The notes: generated by a model from the sequence alone, not told the origin. Shown: positions 29,281-36,371, numbered from the stretch's first letter. The stretch is DNA of 36,972 nt from Nitrospinaceae bacterium (GCA_965223665.1 CBDCXH010000001.1:1-36972); one strand, 5' to 3'. Program-made: numbers and translations.

Positions 29281-29841
29281 TCATCCCACTCCCAATGCGG
29301 CTAAAACTTCTTGGTGATCCATTCCTTTTTTGTTTTCCATTAATTCAGTGCCGGTTTGAATTTCCCAGCAACCCGGGCACGATTGTATTTTTTTTAAAAT
29401 TCCTTTATCCATGACCATCGCTTGATCGGGTTGGTACAATAAAATTTCGTGAGTGTTATCCCATACAAAACGTTTTGGGGGACCCATCGCATAAAACAGT
29501 TTATACACGTCATCCCCAGGTTGAATCTTTTTTTGATCCAGTCGACTTAATGTTTCCGGATCCCATTTTTTTTTCTTTTGCAGCGTATTCCATCGAAACG
29601 CATAGGCAATATTATAGTTCTTTTGGTTCACCTCATATTTTTTCACTTCTGGGAATTGCTTATAAAAATCAAACCAGTTTTGCGGAGTTAGTTGATTGTC
29701 AAGGTATGCAGCAATTGGGACACCATTATATTGATTAACCTCCGATGCACTTTTAAAGCCAACCGGTTTGTAATAATATTCCGTGCCCGCGCAACCAATC
29801 AGGAATAATAAGGGTATTGAAATAAAAAGAAATCGATTCAT
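29281..29841 (-). CDS. Lipoprotein B (paralog of 32088-32675)
   Basis: Start MNRFLF at 29841 (RBS GAGGAG); lipobox LIGC; CxxC near the C-terminus. Confidence 0.85.
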   Translation of the reverse strand: MNRFLFISIPLLFLIGCAGTEYYYKPVGFKSASEVNQYNGVPIAAYLDNQLTPQNWFDFYKQFPEVKKYEVNQKNYNIAYAFRWNTLQKKKKWDPETLSRLDQKKIQPGDDVYKLFYAMGPPKRFVWDNTHEILLYQPDQAMVMDKGILKKIQSCPGCWEIQTGTELMENKKGMDHQEVLAALGVG

Positions 29842-29860
29842 GGAATACTCCTCTTTATGA

Positions 29861-29923
29861 TGGATTTCTTTAAACCTTATTAAATTCCGCTTAGGCAATC
29901 AAGAAAATTTTGACATATCGAAT
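29861..29923 (-). promoter_or_regulatory. Promoter repeat R5
   Basis: Minus strand TTGATT(29902-29897)-17 bp-TAAGGT(29879-29874). Confidence 0.8.
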
Positions 29924-30084
29924 ATTTTTATAGTAAAAGGGACTATCGATTAAGCGAAAAAACTTTATTGTTTCGTCAATGACCGGAAAATCAAACTTGT
30001 GGGGGTTGCCGGACACCAATAAATAACAGGAGCTAGGGCATTCTTAATTTTCACTAGAGATACTGAACTGGGAGGATATTTATT

Positions 30085-30762
30085 ATGAAAGCTACCACGT
30101 TAGCAGTTATGTCAGGCGGGTTGGATTCAACAGTGCTAGGCCAAAAACTTAAGTCGGAAGGTGTTCCATTTCGAGCGATATATTTCGACATTGGTTACCT
30201 TCCGCGGGTAGCAGAAAGAAACGCTGCTAAATATGCTTGTTTCCAATTAGATACGCCGTTAGAAATCGTCAATCTAAGTGGAATGTTTGAAATGGTTTCA
30301 GGTTTCGTTCCAAATGAAATGCTTGGTTTGGATGAGGCTGATAAAGGACAGCCAAAATCGGAAGTACACATTCCCGGTGATCCAGATTATGTAAGTGGGT
30401 TTCATTGTATAACTTCCCTTGCTTCATACTATGCCTTACTAGCGGAAATTGAAACTATCAGTGTTGGGTTGATTCGTAATCAAGTAGATTACAATGATCG
30501 TTTAAAAAACTTCATCGCAGAGTTTCCAGCTTGCGCAGGCCACTTAAACCCAAGTCGTAATTTTCGACTGGAAGCACCATTTGCTGGAATGTATAAATCG
30601 GAAGTTGTAGAACTCGGCGTAAAGCTTGGTGTAAATTTAGAGCGTACTTGGAGTTGCTATAATGGTGGTAGGCAACATTGTGGTGTTTGCCCCGGATGTA
30701 ATGGCCGTAAGCAGGCGTTTCAGGATGCTAAAGTCGATGATCTCACAAGTTATGACGAATGA
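30085..30762 (+). CDS. Divergent QueC-family (PP-loop, Zn-binding) protein
   Basis: SGGLDS PP-loop; K.EVVELG..LGV..E.TWSCY...HCGVCPGC..R; RBS GGAGG. Confidence 0.88.
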   Translation: MKATTLAVMSGGLDSTVLGQKLKSEGVPFRAIYFDIGYLPRVAERNAAKYACFQLDTPLEIVNLSGMFEMVSGFVPNEMLGLDEADKGQPKSEVHIPGDPDYVSGFHCITSLASYYALLAEIETISVGLIRNQVDYNDRLKNFIAEFPACAGHLNPSRNFRLEAPFAGMYKSEVVELGVKLGVNLERTWSCYNGGRQHCGVCPGCNGRKQAFQDAKVDDLTSYDE

Positions 30763-30818
30763 AAATTGCGTCATTCTGAAGATATCGATCATTAACTTTT
30801 ATCCATAAGTTAATATTC

Positions 30819-30852
30819 AGGCAATCAAGAAAAATTTGGCGTATTAAATCAA
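30819..30852 (-). repeat. Truncated promoter repeat R4 (-35 half only)
   Basis: aggcaatcaagaaaaatttggcgtattaaatcaa; similarity stops before the -10 element. Confidence 0.85.
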
Positions 30853-30888
30853 GTGGTCCGGAGGGTATTGTTTTAACAGTTGGTTGTA
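30844..30888 (-). pseudogene. 3' remnant of a homolog of ORF 34776-34997
   Basis: Translates YNQLLKQYPPDHLI* versus YGKLLKQSRQGKLI*, in the same register to the repeat. Confidence 0.7.
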
Positions 30889-30934
30889 TTATGGAAAAAA
30901 CATGAATTAAATTTATTTATAGGTTTAACTTCCA

Positions 30935-31366
30935 TTAGTTTGTACAAGGAAAAGCTTCCGAAATTGCCTTAATAACTAACGCTGCGGCGTCCAAATGAAG
31001 TTTTTCTGGGTGATCATTTAACCATTTTTTTACAATTTTTTCCATTTGGCCAGCGGTGTAACCTAAGGGGAGATCAATACAAATATTTTTAAAACCTTCC
31101 TTACTTTGTTTACCTGGGTTAAAAGAGGAAAATTCGTGTGTATGAGTAAGGTTTCCTTTAAAATCAGCCATAAACTTAATAGAAGAAGTAATCCCAAAAA
31201 TATACCCTGTGCAGTAAGCACTATTCTGAAACTTTATGGGTTCACGGGTGTCAGTGCATATATTTTGCAACGTATTTCCAGAAAAACCATTCCCACTTTC
31301 ACCCAAATCAGCAAAAGAAAAGAATACAATAAGCCCTAATACAGCTATTGACGTTGATGGTTTCAT
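30935..31366 (-). CDS. Rap1a/Tai-family immunity-like exported protein
   Basis: Signal peptide from ATG 31366; GN.L...C, C.GYI.G, IC..P......Q...IV.KWL..HPE.LH..AA.LV..A...AFPC. Confidence 0.85.
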   Translation of the reverse strand: MKPSTSIAVLGLIVFFSFADLGESGNGFSGNTLQNICTDTREPIKFQNSAYCTGYIFGITSSIKFMADFKGNLTHTHEFSSFNPGKQSKEGFKNICIDLPLGYTAGQMEKIVKKWLNDHPEKLHLDAAALVIKAISEAFPCTN

Positions 31367-31393
31367 GATTTCTTCTCGCAAAAATTTTTTAAA

Positions 31394-31452
31394 GATTTTC
31401 CCCAACCTAATCCATTCAGCTAAGGCAATCAAAAAAAATTGGGAACATTAAA
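31394..31452 (-). promoter_or_regulatory. Promoter repeat R3
   Basis: TTGATT(31432-31427)-17 bp-TAGGTT(31409-31404). Confidence 0.8.
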
Positions 31453-31596
31453 GGTTTTGCTCGGGGTCATCGGCGAGTTTAAAAGCATACGGTTTCCCGC
31501 CACCGTGGCACAGCCAGTCTTAATCCAACCCACGCAGGCATGTGGGCTTTGAGGAGCAGTCTTTCCAGTCGGGTGCCAAACGTTGTCTTTCTCCCT

Positions 31597-32064
31597 TCAA
31601 TCAAGGTTTGCTAATTTGTTCATCTTATCTATTAGGGGTTGCACAGGTTTCAAACCTTTTCCACTCCCTAACATTATAGATTGTGCTTGAATCTGAGCAC
31701 TGAGCGCGTTTAGTTTAGCCGTGACTTCCATAGAATGTACTTGTTTAGATAATGCCTCCTCTGCTTTTTCCTGGGCATCGGCAAACCTTTTCATTTCTTT
31801 TCTTTGAGCTTCTAGTTCTTCCCTTTGATAGACCAACTCTTGTCTTTGAAGTAAGATTGCGAAAATTACCCCAGCAAATGCAAAGCCTGAGAAAAGAGAG
31901 TTCAATCCTCCAAACATATCACCCCAAACACCAGCATTTTCTGCTTTACCTATAAAAGTAACTACTAGGCACCAATAAATAAGCCATACAGCGAAAACTC
32001 CTAAAATAAACAACAGGAAATGTTTCATTGAAAAAACTGTCTCACTTGATTTCGTGTTGCTCAT
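31597..32064 (-). CDS. Two-TM plus coiled-coil protein resembling the N-terminal module of 'putative abortive infection' proteins
   Basis: GVWGDMFGGLNSLFSGFAFAGVIFAILLQRQEL..QREEL motif; likely start ATG 32064 (RBS GAGGAG). Confidence 0.7.
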   Translation of the reverse strand: MSNTKSSETVFSMKHFLLFILGVFAVWLIYWCLVVTFIGKAENAGVWGDMFGGLNSLFSGFAFAGVIFAILLQRQELVYQREELEAQRKEMKRFADAQEKAEEALSKQVHSMEVTAKLNALSAQIQAQSIMLGSGKGLKPVQPLIDKMNKLANLD

Positions 32065-32087
32065 TATATTCTCCTCTTGTCCCATAT

Positions 32088-32675
32088 TCACCCCACTCCC
32101 AAAGCGGTTAATACTTCCGGTTCTGCCATGCCGCGCCTATCACCCATCATTTCGTCACCCGAAGGAAGTTGCCAACACCCCTTACAGGATCGAATTTCTT
32201 TTAGGACTCCATGGTCCATAATCAATGCTTTGTCCGGTTCATAGATTAGAATTTCATGATCATTATTCCAAATAATTCGCCTTGGGGGGCCGAGTGCATA
32301 AATAGCTTTGAAGTGATTATCACCTGGTTGAGTTTTATTTTTATCCAACCGTTGAACTGTGGTTTTGTCCCATTGTTGTTTTCGTTTTAAAGTGGTCCAT
32401 CGCCAGGCGTAGGCGGTGTAATAAGGATGATACTCCATAGTGTTTCCAAATTGATTGGCCTGTTGGATATCGTTCCAATACTCCGGAAACTCTTTATAAA
32501 ACGTCCGCCATTCTTCCCGGGATAATTGTAGGGCTAAATAATGAGTGGTCGGGTATTGAATGTAAGGCTTTACTTCATCAATCGTATTAAACCCTGCCGG
32601 TTTAAAATTCCGCTCTAGGTTGACACAACCAAAAATGAAAAATAATATTGTTATCAAAGAAACTATTCGCTTCAT
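32088..32675 (-). CDS. Lipoprotein A
   Basis: Lipobox IFGC; colinear with lipoprotein B, ending EVLTALGVG*. Confidence 0.85.
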   Translation of the reverse strand: MKRIVSLITILFFIFGCVNLERNFKPAGFNTIDEVKPYIQYPTTHYLALQLSREEWRTFYKEFPEYWNDIQQANQFGNTMEYHPYYTAYAWRWTTLKRKQQWDKTTVQRLDKNKTQPGDNHFKAIYALGPPRRIIWNNDHEILIYEPDKALIMDHGVLKEIRSCKGCWQLPSGDEMMGDRRGMAEPEVLTALGVG

Positions 32676-32689
32676 TTTTAACTCACTTT

Positions 32690-32986
32690 TTATAATTCAA
32701 TCCTTTTTAAAACTTCGACAGGTCCATCTAATTGAAACCCTTCGGCTTCAATTTCGTCCGGAGTCAACTCTATATAATCCACACAATCGGACCAAGGGGA
32801 AGGGGGGATTTCTGCTCCAACATTTTTTGGGTTTGACGGTATCCAATGACTATAATCTTCTGCAAATGTTTGAGCAGTTTTTTCGCTAGCTGCTCTTATG
32901 AAGAGTCCAATAGCCCCAGATTTACAGTGTCCCCATCTTTCATCGTTTTTTTTTGATTGAATAGGAGTTACTTTAAAAATTTTCAT
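32690..32986 (-). CDS. Hypothetical protein (98 aa)
   Basis: Likely start MKIFKV at 32986 with RBS GGAG. Confidence 0.65.
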   Translation of the reverse strand: MKIFKVTPIQSKKNDERWGHCKSGAIGLFIRAASEKTAQTFAEDYSHWIPSNPKNVGAEIPPSPWSDCVDYIELTPDEIEAEGFQLDGPVEVLKRIEL

Positions 32987-33005
32987 AATACTTCTCCAAT
33001 GAGAT

Positions 33006-33281
33006 TCACCACTTTTTTTCTTTGGGGATTTGGGATTCGCGCATCCCACCATTTCTGCTTATTCTGGGTTCTCGCAAATATTGAGCTAGTTCCTGTAAAA
33101 TTATATTTTGTTTCTGAACATTTTCATTAGTCCGCTTTACGTACACTTTGATTCGGTACACAAACCAGGGCAAAAAGATCGCCAACACAAATAAAACGAT
33201 GGCGACAATCCAAACTAAAAGCAATCCGCTTCCCGCACCTAATACATCTAACGAGTCATCAAACTTATAAGGAGAATTCAT
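33006..33281 (-). CDS. Small single-TM protein
   Basis: Hydrophobic LLLVWIVAIVLFVLAIFLPWFV; first gene after R2. Confidence 0.7.
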   Translation of the reverse strand: MNSPYKFDDSLDVLGAGSGLLLVWIVAIVLFVLAIFLPWFVYRIKVYVKRTNENVQKQNIILQELAQYLREPRISRNGGMRESQIPKEKKW

Positions 33282-33297
33282 AAGTCACCTGTTTTTA

Positions 33298-33364
33298 TGG
33301 ATTTTCCCTCAACCCTAATCCATTCCGTTTAGGCAATCAAGAAAAATTTGGCATGTTAAATTAG
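33298..33364 (-). promoter_or_regulatory. Promoter repeat R2
   Basis: TTGATT(33340-33335)-17 bp-TAGGGT(33317-33312); nearly identical to R1. Confidence 0.85.
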
Positions 33365-33434
33365 TTTTCCGCTTCGCAAAGGTTTTCGATTATCTTGTTT
33401 TCCCTGAACGGCGCCTATCGGCCATAAGCGGACA

Positions 33435-34643
33435 TTAACCCGCATATATTTTTGACATCTGATTTTTCAAACGTTGTAGCAACTCATCATAAGTCATTAC
33501 TTCAACATTTTTTAAAGATGTCCTTAATATTCTAAAATCCGCCTCTTTCTCAGGTGTGTCTAGCTGGTCTGTATGTCCCATAATTACAACAGCCCTTGGT
33601 CTAACAACAGAAACTACCACTCCTCGTTCTCTCGCAACATCTTCTGCAAGATTTGACGCTTTTCTTTCAGCATTGAATAAATATTTTTCTGCTTGCATAA
33701 GTGCCTTAACAGCGTCAGAGCTCCAATAGAAATTACCTCTGTCAGTCGTTGCGGAGAGCAACTTCGTTACTGGCTTTTTGATTTCAAATAGGTCTAGGTA
33801 TCCCTGCGAATCTACTAAACCAAAATCCACTTTACGCTGACTGCCTAAAACCACATTCAATTCATGAATTACGGAAATATATTTCGAGTCGATCAGATAT
33901 AAATGTTTTTGAAGAAAGTCACCCCATTTCGCTTCTGTCTCGTTCTTTACGAGCATCCTTTTATAAGTGTTGATTGTTTCTTTTAGAGCTACTTCGTCGA
34001 CTTTTAGCTTTGCAGCACCAAACAGTTTTCTTCTTCGAGCAGCGGAAGAGTATTTACCAGAAAGCAAACTCTCCATAAAATCGAGGTATTTTTCAACATC
34101 ATCTGCTTCTAAGTGTTCAATGATGCTGGGATCAAGATTACGAGTCACACGAGCCGCGCGTTGACGCCCAGGAAGCTCAGCTTTATGAAATTTTGAAGGA
34201 AACTCCTGATGGAAAAATTCATCTACAGCTAAACTTCTTTCCCTTTTATTTTCGTTTGATAGCTCTGTTAGTCGACTTTTGAGCTGTTTTAGTCCGTCAT
34301 ATCCCAGAATAAATGTGAGCTTTCCACCATATGAACGGAGTGTGCTAGTACCATTTTTTACAACGCGAAAGACTTTAACTTCCTTACCTTGAAATTTTTT
34401 TACGAAATAGTAGCTCAGACCGGCTTTAAAATAGCCAAGCTCAGAAATCTCGGGGGGAATTCTTTTAAATCCGATAATTTCTACTTTATTTGTAATGAAT
34501 TCATGGCGAGGATAGAAATCAATCTTTTCATTTTCAGCATCTATTGTAAATGTAAGATGACGCTCTCCTGGTTTCTCAGTGTCGATTATATAAACTGATT
34601 CTGTACCATCATCATGTATTTCTTTATCTGTTTCTAATGGCAT
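33435..34643 (-). CDS. sduA: Shedu (DUF4263) anti-phage nuclease
   Basis: E..W..FL, VDF..VD..G..DLFEIKKP, W.S...KA..Q..KY, RPRAVVIMG, FR..R..L..VEVMTYDELL.R. Confidence 0.9.
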   Translation of the reverse strand: MPLETDKEIHDDGTESVYIIDTEKPGERHLTFTIDAENEKIDFYPRHEFITNKVEIIGFKRIPPEISELGYFKAGLSYYFVKKFQGKEVKVFRVVKNGTSTLRSYGGKLTFILGYDGLKQLKSRLTELSNENKRERSLAVDEFFHQEFPSKFHKAELPGRQRAARVTRNLDPSIIEHLEADDVEKYLDFMESLLSGKYSSAARRRKLFGAAKLKVDEVALKETINTYKRMLVKNETEAKWGDFLQKHLYLIDSKYISVIHELNVVLGSQRKVDFGLVDSQGYLDLFEIKKPVTKLLSATTDRGNFYWSSDAVKALMQAEKYLFNAERKASNLAEDVARERGVVVSVVRPRAVVIMGHTDQLDTPEKEADFRILRTSLKNVEVMTYDELLQRLKNQMSKIYAG

Positions 34644-34720
34644 TGTGGAATTCCGATCCTATTAATCCAATACTCTCTTCAGTGTCCGCTTTGGGTCGAA
34701 AGCCGTCACATTTTTTTTCG

Positions 34721-34784
34721 TGGATTCCCCAACCCTAATCTATTCCGTTTAGGCAATCAAGAAATATTTGGCATATTAAATCAA
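34721..34784 (-). promoter_or_regulatory. Promoter repeat R1
   Basis: TTGATT(34760-34755)-17 bp-TAGGGT(34737-34732); overlaps the stop of ORF 34776-34997. Confidence 0.85.
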
Positions 34785-34997
34785 CTTACCTTGGCGGGAC
34801 TGTTTCAGTAATTTCCCATAAAGCCCGGAGTTAAAGAATTTCGTTTGGCTTTTTGAGTTTCGAAGTAATGGGCATGGCTCGTATTCCATCATTACCTCTT
34901 CCACGCTTTCTTTAGTTTTAATATCAATAACTTTTGATTCTGGGGGTGGTGCCGGTTTTACGATCGCGGTATTGTTTTTTTTGGCCTTGCGCGTCAA
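34776..34997 (-). CDS. 73-aa hypothetical protein coupled to the repressor
   Basis: TTG start overlaps the repressor's TGA; its C-terminus is conserved at protein level in two displaced remnants. Confidence 0.65.
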   Translation of the reverse strand: MTRKAKKNNTAIVKPAPPPESKVIDIKTKESVEEVMMEYEPCPLLRNSKSQTKFFNSGLYGKLLKQSRQGKLI

Positions 34998-35449
34998 CCC
35001 TGAGCGAAATTTTGGCTTTTCGCTTTGGCAAGTTCTTCTTTTAGGTGGGCATTTTCCTTCCTCAGTTCTTTTACCTCAACCTTTAAATTTGAAACGTCCT
35101 CTATTAAATCTTTGATCAATTGGCGCATATTCTCCCCCTCTTCAACCTTCGAATTTTCAATAGCATTCGATTCTATCTTTTGAGACTGGTTTTCTTCAAG
35201 AGGGTTATAGGGATATTTTCCTAATTTTTCCCTAATAATGTTTGGGTTGTCAAATAATTCACTGACAGAACATTTGAATATAATTGATAATTTTTTCAGT
35301 TTTTTCGCATCAAGTTTTTTAGGGGGATTATTCTCCCATGTGTTTATCGTTTGATAAGAAACTCCAATAAAATCAGCTAGTTGAGTCTGTGACAACCTCA
35401 TGTATTTTCTTATTAACTGGACGTTTTCTTTAAAGTTTTCTATATTCAC
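34994..35449 (-). CDS. XRE-family HTH repressor (CI-like) with C-terminal coiled coil
   Basis: IRKYMRLSQTQLADFIGVSYQTINTWEN; divergent from the early operon; no S24 peptidase domain seen. Confidence 0.9.
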   Translation of the reverse strand: MNIENFKENVQLIRKYMRLSQTQLADFIGVSYQTINTWENNPPKKLDAKKLKKLSIIFKCSVSELFDNPNIIREKLGKYPYNPLEENQSQKIESNAIENSKVEEGENMRQLIKDLIEDVSNLKVEVKELRKENAHLKEELAKAKSQNFAQG

Positions 35450-35482
35450 TTGAAAATTTTATATAGTTTAATTGATATTTTG

Positions 35483-35513
35483 CTTGACAATTTTTATCAA
35501 GTAATACTATATT
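35483..35513 (+). promoter_or_regulatory. Rightward early promoter overlapped by an operator-like palindrome
   Basis: TTGACA(35484)-18 bp-TATATT; dyad CTTGAcAA-N3-TTaTCAAG at 35483-35501. Confidence 0.65.
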
Positions 35514-35724
35514 CATAATTACCACCCAGATTCGGTGGTTGTGGCCTAGACGCAATTCAGGCCTACGAAATAAATGCTAGTTCATAAACTTTAACTTCAG
35601 GGGAACTATGCACCGTAACATAAAATTCCAATTCGATCAATTTTGCCCGAGGTTGGGGACCCCTGAAGCCCTAAACTTGGGTATTTTTTTGACCTCGGCC
35701 AACCCCGAAGTCAAAAGTCTTTGC

Positions 35725-35779
35725 GCCCGGATTATTGCTTACCTCCTCAAGGAATCAGTAATCCGGGTTTCTTTTTTTT
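35725..35779 (+). terminator. Intrinsic terminator
   Basis: Stem CCCGGATTATTG/CAGTAATCCGGG followed by TTTCTTTTTTTT. Confidence 0.8.
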
Positions 35780-35791
35780 ATGGTGAATTCA

Positions 35792-36274
35792 ATGTGTAAC
35801 CGCAAACCACCAAAACAAAAAGAGAAGGAATTATTCAAAGAGTATCCCACAGGGGGACTTGGTTGGGTGTTTGCTGTATTGGTTGTGTTTTGGGTATTAA
35901 TGATTTACTTAATTGCTTCCTGCGATCTAGCCTTTGGTGCCGAACGTAAAAAAGAAAGTCATTACTCTAAAAACTTTTGTGAATGGCAACGTGGCCAACC
36001 CGAAGTCCGACTCACCACGAAATTTAATAAAACACCTTTATATTTCCGGGCCGATTGTGTGAACTCCCGCCTGGCTTATGAAGTGGATTTCGCCAAAAAG
36101 TTCTACGAGGCTATTGGCCAATCTTTGCTGTATGCGTACTTGACTGATAAACGACCGGCCATTGGTTTGATCATACAAACCAGTAAAGATTGGAAACGTT
36201 ATTACTTAATGTGGGAAGTCATCAAGCATTACAACTTGCCCATCGAGATATTTTTTATTTTCAGGTATCAGTGA
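35792..36274 (+). CDS. Membrane-anchored/exported protein with restriction-endonuclease-like motif
   Basis: TM helix, then E.RL...RADC......EVDFA.K..EAIGQ.L.YA..T.K.P. Confidence 0.65.
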   Translation: MCNRKPPKQKEKELFKEYPTGGLGWVFAVLVVFWVLMIYLIASCDLAFGAERKKESHYSKNFCEWQRGQPEVRLTTKFNKTPLYFRADCVNSRLAYEVDFAKKFYEAIGQSLLYAYLTDKRPAIGLIIQTSKDWKRYYLMWEVIKHYNLPIEIFFIFRYQ

Positions 36275-36371
36275 CACCCGGCCCTGGTTAATGGGCATAC
36301 TCGTGTAGAGTGCGGCCCGTGTCGAAACCCCCTCCCTTCGGCACGGGCCAAAATTACTTTTAGGAGGGAAT

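Noticed and set aside
29842-29898. N-terminal extensions of the track ORFs starting at 29898 and 31432
   Set aside because: They run through the promoter repeats; downstream ATGs (29841, 31366) have RBSs and signal peptides.
30085-30762. QueC as evidence of 7-deazaguanine genome modification
   Set aside because: No dpdA, folE, queD or queE in the window; canonical substrate motifs are missing; cassette context.
29861-34784. Repeats R1-R5 as a CRISPR array or integron attC sites
   Set aside because: The intervals are gene-sized, the repeats are not palindromic and lack RYYYAAC/GTTRRRY ends, and no cas or intI gene is present.
36275-36350. tRNA gene
   Set aside because: Multiple hairpins, but no T-loop (TTCRA) or acceptor-stem geometry.
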